Below, piece by piece: positions 42,011-53,033 of a stretch of DNA of 64,000 bases (positions within the stretch are counted from its first letter, which is position 1; every line of letters starts with the position of its first letter). Below the pieces are notes generated by a model that saw only the letters and a program-made list of their open reading frames with translations, ran no database searches and was not told the DNA's origin. The position numbers and the translations under genes are program-made. Origin of the DNA: an uncultured delta proteobacterium (GTDB taxonomy: Bacteria; Myxococcota_A; Polyangia; Fen-1088); assembly GCA_963755125.1 (NCBI GenBank), contig CAVWIP010000015.1, positions 192,001-256,000 of the forward strand, in the 5' to 3' direction.

Positions 42011-43606
42011 ATGAGCTTTCGGGAGATCACAATGCAAGACGTACGAGAGTTGTTGCGCCGCCACGAGGCGGGGCAAAGTGCGCGCAAGATCGCGCGCGAA
42101 TTGGGCATGGATCGCAAGACAGTGGGGCGGTACTTGGAGCAGGCTCGCAGGCTGGAGCCCGCGCTGGCGACGGTGACCGACGATGTCGCTCTGAGCGTCG
42201 GTCACAGGGTGCAAGCGCGGGCACCAGTGGTGCCATCGCAAGCATGGCAGGTACTGGTCAACCGACGAGCGCAGATTGAAGCCTGGCTGGGGAGCGAGCC
42301 GCCGTTGCGGCTGGTGCGCATCCACGAGTTGCTGGCGCGCGAGGGCGTCGAGGTCGGATACACGACCTTGCGGCGGTTCGCCCACCGGGAGCTGGACTGG
42401 CACCAGCGCTCGCCGACGGTGCGGCTCGACGACCCACCCGCGGGGCAGGAAGCACAGGTCGATTTCGGCCTGATGGGGATGGTGACCGACGCGGAGGGAC
42501 GGTCGCGACGCCTGTGGGCGCTGATCGTGACGTTGCCGTCGAGTCGGTACATGCACGTGTACCCGAGCTTCACGCAGACGGTGGAGGACGTCTGCGCAGG
42601 GTTGGATGCCGCCTGGCGGTCTTTCGGCGGCATGCCCAAGCACATCATCCTCGACAATGCCTCGGCGATGGTGGTGCGTGCCAGTGCCACCGACCCGGGG
42701 CTCAATCGCGCTTTCCGCGACTACACCGATGCGCGCCAGCTCTTTGCGGACACGGCGCGCGTGCGGCATCCCAAGGACAAGGCCCGCGTCGAAAATCAGG
42801 TACCGTACGTGCGCGAGCGCTGGTTTGCCGGCGAAGCTTTCAGCCCCGACCTTGTGGAGATCCGCCGGCAGGCGGAGGCGTGGTGCCGGGAGGTGGCGGG
42901 TGCGCGCGTGCATGGGACGACAAGGCGTGTGCCGCGCGAGGTGTACGAAGCCGAGGAGCGAGCGCACATGCAGCCAGCACCCGAGGGCGAGTACGACGTG
43001 CCTCACTGGTGCTCTCCCAAAGTGCACCCTGACCACCACGTGCAGGTGCTCAAGGCGCTTTACTCGGTGCCCACGCGCTACATCGGCAAGATCGTCGAGG
43101 CACGGGCCGACCGCAAGACGGTTCGACTGTATTTGGGGGCCGAGCTGATCAAGGTGCATGCGCGCAAGGCCCCGGGCCAGCGCTCGACCGATCCGCAGGA
43201 CTTCCCGCCAGGGAAGGCGGCGTGGGCGCTGCGCGATGTGGACAGCGTCGTACGCCGAGCCCGTGGGTACGGCGAGAAGGTCGGTCAATTTGCCCAGCGC
43301 CTGCTCGAAGGTCCTGTGCCCTGGCTCAAGCTGCGGCAAGCCTACGGGCTTTTGCGCCTCTGCGAGCGATACGGGCAGGACCGGGTCAATGCCTTGTGCG
43401 AGCGCGCGCTCGCCTTCGATGTGATCGCGGTGCCGCGTATCGAGGGAATGCTCAAGGATGCCCGTCGGACCGAGGAGGCCGCTGTCGCCACGGGCCGCGT
43501 GATCGTGTTACCCGCACGCTTCGCTCGCGACGCAGCCACTTTCGCCACCCGTGCAACTGTCCCGCCCGATGGCCAGACAAACACGGAGTCGGGAGGTGAG
43601 TCATGA
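42011..43606 (+). CDS. istA: IS21 transposase
   Basis: HTH, PAGQEAQVDFG, IILDN, P.DKARVE. Confidence 0.95.
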   Translation: MSFREITMQDVRELLRRHEAGQSARKIARELGMDRKTVGRYLEQARRLEPALATVTDDVALSVGHRVQARAPVVPSQAWQVLVNRRAQIEAWLGSEPPLRLVRIHELLAREGVEVGYTTLRRFAHRELDWHQRSPTVRLDDPPAGQEAQVDFGLMGMVTDAEGRSRRLWALIVTLPSSRYMHVYPSFTQTVEDVCAGLDAAWRSFGGMPKHIILDNASAMVVRASATDPGLNRAFRDYTDARQLFADTARVRHPKDKARVENQVPYVRERWFAGEAFSPDLVEIRRQAEAWCREVAGARVHGTTRRVPREVYEAEERAHMQPAPEGEYDVPHWCSPKVHPDHHVQVLKALYSVPTRYIGKIVEARADRKTVRLYLGAELIKVHARKAPGQRSTDPQDFPPGKAAWALRDVDSVVRRARGYGEKVGQFAQRLLEGPVPWLKLRQAYGLLRLCERYGQDRVNALCERALAFDVIAVPRIEGMLKDARRTEEAAVATGRVIVLPARFARDAATFATRATVPPDGQTNTESGGES

Positions 43607-44433
43607 GTGCCCGCACCATCAGCCCCGACCTGGTCGCCTCGCTCAAGCGGCTCCGCTTGGGCGGCCTCATTCCTACGCTGCCCGAACGCTTCACCCTCGC
43701 GGAAAAGGAGGACACCCCCTACGAGGACCTCCTGCTTCTGCTGCTCACCGACGAGATCTCCCGTCGGGACAGTAACGCCGCCCTCCGTCGTGCGGACCAG
43801 GCCGGCCTCGATCCGGACATGGTGCTTGAGCGGTGGGACAAGACCGCGAAGGTGACCTACGACCGACGGGTGCTCAATGAGCTGGTCTCACTCCGCTTTG
43901 TCGAGGACCATCGCAACGTCGTGATCCTCGGCCCGGTGGGAGTGGGCAAGACCTTTCTCTCGAACGCGCTCGGGCACCTGTGCTGTCGTGCCGGCTTCAA
44001 TGTGCGGCTGTCGCGGGCCGACGCACTCCTGCGCCTCTTCAAGCAGAGCCGCATGGACAATTCCAGGGAAGCCCTGATGACCCAACTGGCCACCGTCGAC
44101 GTGCTCATCATCGACGACTTTGCGCTCGAACCCATGAATCGCGAGGAGAGCCGCGACATCTACCAGCTCTTTGTCGAGCGTAATGCCCGTGCTTCCACGA
44201 TTGTGACCAGCAATCGCGACACAGTCGAGTGGATCGCCACTTTCGACGATGCCCTTTTGGCCCAGAGTGCCGTCGATCGTTTCAAGAACAACGCCTTCGA
44301 CCTCGTCGTCGATGGCGAGTCCTATCGGTCACGGCTCAAACCCAGCATCGACAAGCTGCCACCTCCGCCTGCGGCTCCGGTGAAGAAGGTGCCCATCCAT
44401 CCGCGTACCAAAGCTGCGGCCCGCCGCCGATGA
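43603..44433 (+). CDS. istB: IS21 helper ATPase
   Basis: GPVGVGKT, LIIDDF, IVTSN, AVDRF, GESYR. Confidence 0.95.
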   Translation: MSARTISPDLVASLKRLRLGGLIPTLPERFTLAEKEDTPYEDLLLLLLTDEISRRDSNAALRRADQAGLDPDMVLERWDKTAKVTYDRRVLNELVSLRFVEDHRNVVILGPVGVGKTFLSNALGHLCCRAGFNVRLSRADALLRLFKQSRMDNSREALMTQLATVDVLIIDDFALEPMNREESRDIYQLFVERNARASTIVTSNRDTVEWIATFDDALLAQSAVDRFKNNAFDLVVDGESYRSRLKPSIDKLPPPPAAPVKKVPIHPRTKAAARRR

Positions 44434-44749
44434 CACCACCGCGCACGTCGGGCCCCTGCCGGGGCCCTCCGGGGTCGACCTAAAGGCCAATCTGTGGCAT
44501 GAGATCAGCCGGTCCTTCGATGCCCGTCACCTGGCCCCATGACCCTGGCGAGACGTGGCCCCATCATCCTGGCGAGTGACACGGTCGGACGCCTCCACGC
44601 AGAAGGCGGTGCCCAGATCATCCGCAGAGGGCTGCGATAAGAAGCCGACGGTCGCGTTGTCTTGTGACACGTGGCGCATAATCTCCTCCCTTGTCCGTGT
44701 TGGATGGTGAGAAACTCCCCAGCTCACAAGGGGCATCTGAGCAGCAAAG

Positions 44750-44870
44750 CGGGTCATTCAGGGCGGTCGAGGCGGATCAAAGGCAGGCAACGATCAGCAG
44801 CCAGGTACACCATCGTCATGGCCACTTGATCCCAGGATGGCGGTGTTCGTGCCCCCGAGATCATCCAACA
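44750..44870. repeat. Backbone repeat family G, copy 2 (partial)
   Basis: CCAGGTACACCATCGTCATGGCCACTTGATCCC and GATCATCCA shared with copy 1. Confidence 0.8.
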
Positions 44871-45063
44871 TGGGGGTCCGGTGGAAGAAGCACCAGAGAC
44901 GACTGGGCTCAGCCAACCACGATCTAACCCAGGACGCGATGTGATAAACTCTGCCTATGGTTGGCGCAGTCGCGGAGCACGACAAGATCGAGCTCAAAAC
45001 TCTACCCGGTCCCGCTACCCAGTTCTGCCTCGGCTAGTTTAGGCAACGCCATATTGGCTTGAG

Positions 45064-45639
45064 GTGAAGATGAACAGCGCTCTCAGCACATTCCGACAGG
45101 TTCTGATTTCTGTGGCGTTAGCGACGATCTTCTGCGCGGGTTGCAACAATGGGCCGGATTGCCACACGGGCAAGCTTTACTATGGTTCCTTGCCCCCGGT
45201 ACAGGGAACCGTGACCTACGGGCAGCCTCCGGTCAGCCAGCCTTTTGGCGGTCTCCCCGACGCGTCTTCGTATCCCTGCATGCAAGCGCCAACCACCTGC
45301 AGTCTCGTTTCATTTGGCGCTGGCAGCGGGGCAGTAACCATCGCCGTCACAGTCGCACCTTTCCACAACGGGCAGGTCATAGCGCTGCCTTCGCCAGATG
45401 TGACGGTGACTGCATCACTTAATGACGCGTACGCCGGTATTATTCCCTATGACGGCGGGGCATGGCAAGAGGCTCTTACTTTGGTTTCCGGCACGCTCAC
45501 AGTGACAGTCTCCCTCAACAACTTCGACGCTCATTTTGACATGACATTTACCAGACCCAACGGCGGTGCCGTGGTGATTCAGAACGCTCGGGCCGCCATG
45601 CTTAACGCGACATCCACAGAGACCACGACCTGTTACTGA
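45064..45639 (+). CDS. Hypothetical lipoprotein
   Basis: Lipobox CAGC. Confidence 0.7.
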   Translation: MKMNSALSTFRQVLISVALATIFCAGCNNGPDCHTGKLYYGSLPPVQGTVTYGQPPVSQPFGGLPDASSYPCMQAPTTCSLVSFGAGSGAVTIAVTVAPFHNGQVIALPSPDVTVTASLNDAYAGIIPYDGGAWQEALTLVSGTLTVTVSLNNFDAHFDMTFTRPNGGAVVIQNARAAMLNATSTETTTCY

Positions 45640-45655
45640 TGCCCAAGTGATACCC

Positions 45656-45925
45656 CTACTGTCGGGTCAGGACCATGGTTCCCTGTGAGACGCCCGCCCC
45701 ATTGCTCGGGACGAGAGCCACAGTGATCTGGTTGCCCGAAACGCAGTAGGGGTCTTCGATAGGGGATGATCCGTTGTCGGGTTGGAAGGTCAGCGTGTCA
45801 CCCAGCGCGCTGTACGACCCAGCTAACGCTACCGACTCGGTGGCCACCAGAGTACATGTGCAACCGCTTGTCCCGGAGCACGCAACTGTTGTGGATGTCG
45901 CCGACCCACTGCCGGAGTTTGTCCC
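45656..45925 (-). pseudogene. 3' fragment of a Cys-containing secreted protein gene
   Basis: ..CSGTSGCTCTL..GSYS..G.TLTF..YCVSGNQ.. with no N-terminus. Confidence 0.55.
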
Positions 45926-45964
45926 ATCTGGATGTAGGCGTTTGAGCGTCGCACGGCGAGTTAG

Positions 45965-46459
45965 CTAGGGGAGTGCGGGCCGCGGCGGCGAATCACTATC
46001 GTCCGCGTTTGGCAGCCTTGGGCACCTAGGCCTGGGCAGCAGCAAGATCATCAGCGACGACACGATCAGGGACACGATGGCGTAGCGAGCGTCATGCGCC
46101 TTGAACGAAAGAAGTACGCCCCAAAATCCTGCGCCATGAAGAACGGCCGCGCGCACGAGAAAGCGCCCGAATGCCGAATATTCCCAACGCCTGCGGGACG
46201 GGGTGGTCTGCGAACTCGGCCTACGGCGGGAAAACCAGGGCAATAGCCAACCGTCGGCCCAGGTCAAAATCGCCGACGCCGTCGCAAAGACGAACCAGCC
46301 GGTACCAACCTCCTTGCTGGGGCTCCAGGGAGCGCTCCAATCCACCGGTCTCGCGTCGTTCAGAGCTAACAACGCGTAGATCAACATCGCTGCCAGCATC
46401 CATGCGCGGACCAACGTGAACTTCCAAGGTCCATCCATCCGTTCCCCGGTGTCGTTCAT
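45965..46459 (-). CDS. Hypothetical 4-TM membrane protein
   Basis: Four hydrophobic segments. Confidence 0.55.
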   Translation of the reverse strand: MNDTGERMDGPWKFTLVRAWMLAAMLIYALLALNDARPVDWSAPWSPSKEVGTGWFVFATASAILTWADGWLLPWFSRRRPSSQTTPSRRRWEYSAFGRFLVRAAVLHGAGFWGVLLSFKAHDARYAIVSLIVSSLMILLLPRPRCPRLPNADDSDSPPRPALP

Positions 46460-46615
46460 CGTATCCGGCTATGGTACCACCTCGGTGGGCCGCCGCCGAT
46501 GAAGCTGTCGATCCTGCCACAGGGACATCGTGTAGAATCGAGAAACCGACTCGGCGGCGACGCCGCCGTTCACCTTGCGAAGGTCGCGGAAGAGTGTAAA
46601 GGCCAAGCCGCATCC

Positions 46616-46746
46616 ATGACCAAGGCCGACCTCATCTCCATAATCGCCGACAAGCTCAAGTTCCATTGGGCGCGTGCGGAGCTGCTGATAGACGTGGTCT
46701 TCGGCTGCATGGAGCAGTCAATGAGTCGTGGCGAGAAGATCGAAAT
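46616..46746 (+). pseudogene. HU/IHF-family gene, 3'-truncated (copy 1)
   Basis: MTKADLISIIADKLKF..GEKIE then identity ends; upstream ~50 bp shared with the copy at 62424. Confidence 0.85.
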
Positions 46747-46811
46747 GCGTACTACGTGCCCAAGCTATCCCCATACCCAGCGCCGGCGAGGATGATGCCG
46801 TAGCCGATGGC

Positions 46812-47261
46812 CTAGTCGGGAATCTCCGCTTCCACCAATTGCGCAAGCAAGGTCAGCGATTCTTGCCAACCCAGGTAGCACATCTCGGTGGGAATCATGG
46901 CCGGGATTCCTTCTTGCACGATGCTTAGTTCGGTCCCGCAGGAGACCGGCTTCAGGGACACCGTCGTCCGCATTTCGCCAGGCATGTTCGGATCGTCGAA
47001 TTTGTCGGTGTAGCCAATCCGTTCATTGGGCACAAGCTCCAGGTACTCTCCGCCAAACGAGTGGCTACGCCCCGTGGCGAAATTCGTGAACGACATCTTG
47101 AAGGTGCCACCAACCTTGGCGTCCAGATGGTGGACGTTGCCCGTAAAGCCATGCGGTGGAAGCCATTTGGCCATGGCGTCGGGGTCGAGAAAAGCCCGGT
47201 AGATTCGCTCTGGTGTAGCCCGAATCACACGGTGGAGTCGAACAGTGCCTGTCGTCGTCAT
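46812..47261 (-). CDS. SRPBCC/AHSA1-family protein
   Basis: VRLHRVIRATPERIYRAFLDPDAMAKWLPP..CYLGWQESL. Confidence 0.9.
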   Translation of the reverse strand: MTTTGTVRLHRVIRATPERIYRAFLDPDAMAKWLPPHGFTGNVHHLDAKVGGTFKMSFTNFATGRSHSFGGEYLELVPNERIGYTDKFDDPNMPGEMRTTVSLKPVSCGTELSIVQEGIPAMIPTEMCYLGWQESLTLLAQLVEAEIPD

Positions 47262-47463
47262 GTCGCTGTTCCTTTCGCGTTGATGGGCGCTTGGTATTGG
47301 ATGACCGAGGAGCGCGAAGGTGACGCCGGAGCTATCTGGGGTGGGCTTTCCCCCATAGGTCGCCCTGGCCAGTGCACTGGAGACCATGGTGTCGGTCGTT
47401 GGTCGCCTTGCCGTGAAGCAACGATGCATGCCCTCGGCCCCTTTTGCCGGTAATCTGGCAGGC

Positions 47464-47916
47464 ATGATCTGGGAGTGCCACTGGCTGGCAATCGGCCTGG
47501 CGTTGTCGTTCACCGGGCTTGCCTGCTCGCGGACACCCATGGATGAACAGCAGGGGATGAACACCATCAGCCCGGGTGGGGGAGCCACCACGGTCACCAG
47601 TGGAGGGAGCACTGGTACCGTGGGAGGCACAGGTGGCATGACAAATGCCGGCGGAAACAAGTGCATCACAGGCCAAAACACGTGTGCGACAGACGATGAC
47701 TGCACCACCAGCGATTACCGACCACCCATATCGTCGGCAGGGGACTGCTACTGCTTCGCGTGCGGCTATGCCGTGAGCAAGACAATGGCTGTTGACTGTC
47801 AGAGTGCGTACGACCAGTTTTGTGGCCTCAACTGGCAGCTCGAACACGGCTGTGAACCCCCTCCCTGCTTTCCTGGGATGGGTGGTGCCGCGTGCCTCGC
47901 GGGTATGTGCCAGTAG
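47464..47916 (+). CDS. Small Cys-rich lipoprotein
   Basis: Lipobox GLAC, GGT linker, Cys-rich C-terminus. Confidence 0.7.
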   Translation: MIWECHWLAIGLALSFTGLACSRTPMDEQQGMNTISPGGGATTVTSGGSTGTVGGTGGMTNAGGNKCITGQNTCATDDDCTTSDYRPPISSAGDCYCFACGYAVSKTMAVDCQSAYDQFCGLNWQLEHGCEPPPCFPGMGGAACLAGMCQ

Positions 47917-47995
47917 TCCGACTTACCCATTCGAGTCTCGAAAGCCGTCAGCACTTCCTACGCCCAGCTGATCCGGGTTCACCCTTCGCTAGATT

Positions 47996-48071
47996 AGCTA
48001 CAGAACCTGGGTCCCCCAACGATCCAGGTACCCACGGTGGTCCGTGAACCGGGGGTGGGGTATGTCGACGG
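47996..48071. repeat. Backbone repeat family F, copy 1
   Basis: AGCTACAGAA..GGGTCCCC..GATCC..CCCACGGT..ACCGGGGG.TGGG.TATGTCGACGG, also at 54260-54334. Confidence 0.75.
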
Positions 48072-48252
48072 GTGAAGGACTGGAAAGGTCATCGGCAACC
48101 AGGTGTCCTGCCCCGCGATCAACCCGACGGGATTGCGACACGAATGTCAGGACTTGAGGGCTTCGCATAGTTGGGCGTGATGCAAATTGCGGAGTTGCGG
48201 GGGGCACAGGTCTTGCAGCGTCAACCGGCCAGCGGGGTGACAGACTCGCCCT

Positions 48253-48268
48253 TGGCCTCGAACTTGCT
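48253..48268 (+). promoter_or_regulatory. Sigma54 -24/-12 promoter
   Basis: TGGCCTCGAACTTGCT (GG-N10-GC) upstream of GGAGG/ATG 48300; identical copy at 57331. Confidence 0.65.
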
Positions 48269-48299
48269 GATATCCTGTCCACTCGATCTGGAGGCAGCC

Positions 48300-50759
48300 A
48301 TGACTTGTTCGATTCGACTTGGGACCGGTTGTTGCGTTCTTTCCTCCGTCTTCTGCGTCGTGCTTTCTGGATGTGGTTCAAGCAGTGCCAGCGGGAATGG
48401 AGCAGTGGTGGACAGCGGTGGAATCGTCGAGACTGGCGGGGCGTACCCGAATGGACAAGAAAGTGGGTCTCCCGGCACCAGCGCGTTGCTAGTTTGCGAC
48501 CCGGTCGATCCAGCCCCTATCAAGCTCGGCACGATACTGGGCGCGGGGCGGGACACTGACGGAACGCTCTACGTGGTCGATCTGCCGCAAGGCCCCGGCA
48601 GCGAGCGCGTGTTCGTCTCTTCGGGTGCCACGCTGCAACGTCAGCCCATCGCTCGATCGGGTGGAGGTGTAGATGATGGGAGCGGAGGGACGGTTTACGT
48701 GTTCACGATCAACTATGGCACTACCGCCTTTTCGCTCGAACTGGAAACGAATGCGGCTGGCCCCACGGCCATGGGTGTGGTTCATGGCACGCTGACGACG
48801 CGGACTTTCACCATCGGCCAGCAGGGAAGCGTTCTCACGCTGGTTCCGGCTTCCGAAATCGCGACAATACCAGCCACCGACATTCCCAGTTTCATCAACT
48901 ACAACCTTACCCTTTCCGACGGGCGCGCCCTGCTGGTAGTTAGCCCAGTCCTGGGCGATGGGGTGCATGGGTATTATCGTGTCTTCTTCGGAACGCCGGA
49001 CAACATGGTCGAGCGGTTAGTCTTTCAAGTAAATCAAGACGCTGATACGACCACGATCAAGTTCATGGTCGACGGCGAGATGGCCGAGGTGAGTTCCTCG
49101 ATTGCGTTGACGGGGGGCCCCACGGTGACAATTGGCAGTACGCTTTTCGCCTCTGGCGGTTCGCAATTCTCTTTGACCATGGGGCCGACGGATTCCCCGC
49201 CTACTGGATACAGCTACCTCTGTCTGGGCGATTCATCGACGAACGACGGTGTTGATGGTGGAACCATGCAAATGGACGGGCCTGCCGTGTGCCGTGCGCC
49301 TTCGCCCGACTACGGGCCAACGTCCGTTTTTCCGGTCCTTCCCAACGGCACCCCAGCGGCAGCCACAACCTGTCCCGCTCCGTGCGGAAACTCGGCGTGG
49401 CCGGGGTACGGCGTGCCCAATATCGACATTGCGCTTCCGTACGGGGCGTGCGCCGCTGGCACTCCCTCATGCTCGACACTCGCAAGCATTCCTTGTGCCT
49501 GTGGAGCAGAAAGCGGGCCAGTCGACGGTTTCATCTGTAGCTGTGAGGGAGGCATCTGGATCTGCCGCATCCAGTGGCTGGGGACGGCGCTCTGCTGGCC
49601 ATGTCCTGATGCTGGCGTTGGCCAGATGGACCAAGCGCCCACCAGTGATGGACCAGAAAGCGCAGACGAGGCGAGTACAGCGCCGACAAAGCCTGATGCG
49701 CTCGGCGAGGCTTCGACGGGGCTGCAGGGAGTTTTCGTACCGACGGGCAGCATGACCTTGGCAAGGAGTGGCCACACGGCGACGTTGTTGCCGAACGGGA
49801 AGGTTCTCATCGCCGGCGGAGACAATCACGGGGACCTCGCAAGCGTGGAGCTATACGACCCAGTGGCTGGGACATTCACGGCTACCGGTAGCATGTCCAC
49901 GACTAGGGTGGATCACACGGCGACCTTGCTGCCCAACGGGATGGTGCTAGTCGCTGGCGGCTGCTGTGGCGCCACGTATCTCGCGAGCGCAGAGCTATAC
50001 GACCCAAGCGCCGGAACATTCACGGCCACTGGCAGCATGACCGTGGCAAGGGCGTACCACACGGCGACGTTGTTGCCGAACGGGAAGGTTCTCATCGTCG
50101 GTGGGTTCAGTAGTTCCGTGGCCGGCGACCCGGCTCTCGCGAGCGCGGAACTATACGACCCCAGCACTGGGACATTTACGGCCACTGGCAGTATGACCGC
50201 GGCTAGGTCCAGTCACAGTGCGACGTCGTTGGGCAACGGGAAGGTGCTCATCGCTGGGGGGATGATATTGGGCCAGGGGAAGGAACTCGCGAGCGCGGAA
50301 GTTTACGACCCAGTGGCCGGGACATTCACGGCCACCGGAAGCATGACCACGGCCAGGGCGGGGCATACGGCGATCTTGCTGAACGACGGGGAAGTGCTCA
50401 TCATCGGCGACTATAGCAACGACCTCGCAAGCGTGGAGTTGTACGACCCAGTGGCTGGGACGTTCACGGCCACCGGCAGCATGACTGTGGCCAGGGGGTA
50501 CCACACGGCGACGTTGTTGAGCAATGGGAACGTGCTCATCGCGGGGGGCCTCAACTACAGCCACGGGGCTCTCGCAAGTGCGGAGCTATACGACCCAGTA
50601 GCGGGAACATTCACGGCCACCGGGAGCATGACCGTGGGAAGGTACAGCCACACGGCGACGTTGTTGCCGACCGGGAGGGTGCTCATCGCCGGTGGGATGA
50701 ACGATTCTGGTGCACCAGACTCCTCCCCGTATCTCGCTAGCGCGGAGCTATACGAATAG
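48300..50759 (+). CDS. Multidomain lipoprotein with C-terminal Kelch beta-propeller
   Basis: Lipobox LSGC; two unrelated N-terminal modules; ~7 Kelch repeats ending SAELYE. Confidence 0.88.
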   Translation: MTCSIRLGTGCCVLSSVFCVVLSGCGSSSASGNGAVVDSGGIVETGGAYPNGQESGSPGTSALLVCDPVDPAPIKLGTILGAGRDTDGTLYVVDLPQGPGSERVFVSSGATLQRQPIARSGGGVDDGSGGTVYVFTINYGTTAFSLELETNAAGPTAMGVVHGTLTTRTFTIGQQGSVLTLVPASEIATIPATDIPSFINYNLTLSDGRALLVVSPVLGDGVHGYYRVFFGTPDNMVERLVFQVNQDADTTTIKFMVDGEMAEVSSSIALTGGPTVTIGSTLFASGGSQFSLTMGPTDSPPTGYSYLCLGDSSTNDGVDGGTMQMDGPAVCRAPSPDYGPTSVFPVLPNGTPAAATTCPAPCGNSAWPGYGVPNIDIALPYGACAAGTPSCSTLASIPCACGAESGPVDGFICSCEGGIWICRIQWLGTALCWPCPDAGVGQMDQAPTSDGPESADEASTAPTKPDALGEASTGLQGVFVPTGSMTLARSGHTATLLPNGKVLIAGGDNHGDLASVELYDPVAGTFTATGSMSTTRVDHTATLLPNGMVLVAGGCCGATYLASAELYDPSAGTFTATGSMTVARAYHTATLLPNGKVLIVGGFSSSVAGDPALASAELYDPSTGTFTATGSMTAARSSHSATSLGNGKVLIAGGMILGQGKELASAEVYDPVAGTFTATGSMTTARAGHTAILLNDGEVLIIGDYSNDLASVELYDPVAGTFTATGSMTVARGYHTATLLSNGNVLIAGGLNYSHGALASAELYDPVAGTFTATGSMTVGRYSHTATLLPTGRVLIAGGMNDSGAPDSSPYLASAELYE

Positions 50760-50836
50760 ACCCCAACAATCCCGCGAGCCGAAGAATCAAAGCTGAGTCA
50801 GACGCGGACATGCTCAGCAGCCTTTGAGGAGGAACG

Positions 50837-51379
50837 ATGGCTCTTAAAGAACGTCTTCCGATTTGCATCCTTCTGATGGGGGCAGCAGTCGGCCTTGAGG
50901 CTGTTCCGGCCGCTGCGGTAGGGGCGAAGACTGAGGGGAGCAAGCCCACCGATGGTTTTACCGCGCAACCGGTGAACTTCGCGAATCCTGACCAACTGTT
51001 GGAACGCAGGCGGCGGAGCGAACAGCCATGTGACTGGGAGTCCTATGAAGGCGGCCAGGTCATCCGGTGTGAGGCTGCGGTGGACGGCGCGGTTCAGCTC
51101 GTCGTCAAGGCGACGGGACGAATCTACGATTTCCTGAAGAACACAGATCCGCCAGCCAGAAAGGCCCTTGATGCCAGTGCCGCGATTTGGTGGAAGTACT
51201 TTAAGCAATGCGATCTGTTCGCTCTTGACCACGCGGCGATAGCAAAGAACGGGCAGCTGGCGCATCACGGGGCTGCGGGCAGATGTCGATACCGAATTCT
51301 TGCAGACCGACTGAGAGAGCTACTTGAGTTCGAAGAACTCGTCAGGGAGAATCGACGAAATGGCTCAGCGAAAAAGTGA
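50837..51379 (+). CDS. Hypothetical exported protein
   Basis: GAGGAGG RBS, signal-peptide-like N-terminus. Confidence 0.6.
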   Translation: MALKERLPICILLMGAAVGLEAVPAAAVGAKTEGSKPTDGFTAQPVNFANPDQLLERRRRSEQPCDWESYEGGQVIRCEAAVDGAVQLVVKATGRIYDFLKNTDPPARKALDASAAIWWKYFKQCDLFALDHAAIAKNGQLAHHGAAGRCRYRILADRLRELLEFEELVRENRRNGSAKK

Positions 51380-51443
51380 TCCTTTTCCGACGACGCTGGC
51401 CAACCCGGCGTTGCACCTGACAGGCCCTGCAGGTGAACGCCAG

Positions 51444-51638
51444 CCCTTCTCCCGCGTACAAAGCCAGACCCCTGGGTCTTGCCCTCTAAGTCCGACAAGA
51501 ACGGCGGAGAGGGAGGAGGAATATGATCATGCGATGCCGTCATGGCCACTTGATCCCAGGGTGGCGATGTTCCTGACCTGACCCCCATGATCATCCAGCT
51601 GTTTCCAGATACACTACCCCGGGTGGTTGATAGAGCGT
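51444..51638. repeat. Backbone repeat family G, copy 3
   Basis: Matches 41112-41362 in order, including CCCCCATGATCATCCA and GTGGTTGAT. Confidence 0.85.
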
Positions 51639-51661
51639 TCAGCTGAGCGTGACTGCAACAG

Positions 51662-52250
51662 CTACTTGTACCCGACGTTGATCATGAGGGCCAGCGAGTC
51701 ATTGGTGTGGCCGAAGTCGAGGATTTCGAGCTGCGCTTTGACGTCGAGCGGCCCGAGCAAGACACCGGCACCGACAGTCCCGCCGAACTTGGTTTCGAGG
51801 GCGATCTGGCTTTGCGTAAGGCCAGCCATGGTGCCCTCGGTCTTGGCCCATAAAAGGTTGAGCCCCACCTCCGCTCCGCCGTAGATGATGTCGGTGAGGA
51901 AGTACTTGGTGCCCACCCAAAGCGGGATGTTGTCCGTGCCCGTCTTGAGCCCAGCGGTGTCCTTCTTGAGCGAGTAGATATAGCCGACCCGGAAGGTTCC
52001 GTTCAGGTTTGGGATCAGACTGTACTCGACGCGAACCAGACCACCGAAGCCCACGCCCGTCACGTCCGCAAAATTTCCAAGAGGAAGCTGGAAAGCGGTG
52101 TCCGCGCCGATGATCAGTTTGCCCCCCATCAGCCCTGTCGCAGCCGGGGCAGGATTCGTCTCGGCAGCAGGAGGTGCCTTGTCTTCGCCCCTGGCGGGCC
52201 CCGTCATGGCCAGCAAAGTCAAACCAACGAACATGTTTGCTTTTGCGCAT
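51662..52250 (-). pseudogene. Outer-membrane beta-barrel protein, probably frameshifted in an N-terminal A-run
   Basis: The ATG at 52250 (after GAGGAG) is out of frame with the barrel (amphipathic strands, IPLWVGTKYF); ends VGYK without a terminal Phe. Confidence 0.6.
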
Positions 52251-52542
52251 TCTCTTCTCCTCAATTCCAAATTGTATAATACCCAGTGCGCGAAACATCC
52301 AGTCAGATCTTCAACCGGCAGCAGCCGCGTGATGGCGTCGGCCAGATGCGATTTGCCCGCCGCTGCCCGTGTCCGAGCCCGTGATGCTCGACTGAAGACA
52401 AACAGGGAATTGAGTTGTCGGGTTTGGAAGGCGACCTTGGTATTGCCGCCCGCCATTTCAGATTCTTCTGCAATTTCCAGCGTGTTGCAGTCGCAACCGG
52501 AAAAGTCCAAAATGTCCTGAGCCGTAGCTGCCCTATCAGCGG

Positions 52543-52794
52543 GTGGCAAAGGCTCTCGGGTTGCAGGTTCGGGCTTTTCGTCAGGCGAAGGGGTGGACGC
52601 TTGAGCAGGCGGCGGAGAAGGGAGACATGGATCTGAAGCACTGGCAGAAGATCGAAGCCGGTACCATCAACGTCACCCTGGTAACCCTGGTGAGGCTGGC
52701 CGAGGGTCTGGGCGAGAGCGTGGGCAGCCTCTTCGGAACACCCATCGTGCCGACGAACAAGCGAACACGCGGGATCAAGACTACGGCAGGATAG
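52543..52794 (+). CDS. XRE-family HTH regulator (N-terminus possibly damaged)
   Basis: LGLQVRAFRQAKGWTLEQAAE..HWQKIEAGTINVTLVTLVRLA. Confidence 0.8.
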   Translation: MAKALGLQVRAFRQAKGWTLEQAAEKGDMDLKHWQKIEAGTINVTLVTLVRLAEGLGESVGSLFGTPIVPTNKRTRGIKTTAG

Positions 52795-53033
52795 AGCCAC
52801 GTTTGTCGACGGTGGTGGGCCTGCGAGGATGGAGCTGGCACATCCGTCACCCGCCAGTGCTTGCGAAAAGCGTCGCGAGGCGGGATGCTGTAGCTGAATA
52901 GAAGGTTGGGGGCACTCGATGGAGACAAGATGTCGCTCGTAATTTCTGTCTACGTCCCCACCTGGCATAGAGGAGTTAACGGGGTCGAGATTGGGTTCCT
53001 TGGTCTTCTGCGCTGAAGCGGAAAGGTAGTCTT

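Larger units (their letters stand above)
41765..44581 (+). mobile_element. IS21-family element (2817 bp)
   Basis: TG...CA ends, 5-bp TSD CGGTC, multiple TCGCCAGGGTCATGGGGCCA-type terminal repeats (5 left, 2 inverted right). Confidence 0.95.

Noticed and set aside
41813..43339. 508-aa minus-strand ORF
   Set aside because: Antisense shadow of istA in high-GC DNA.
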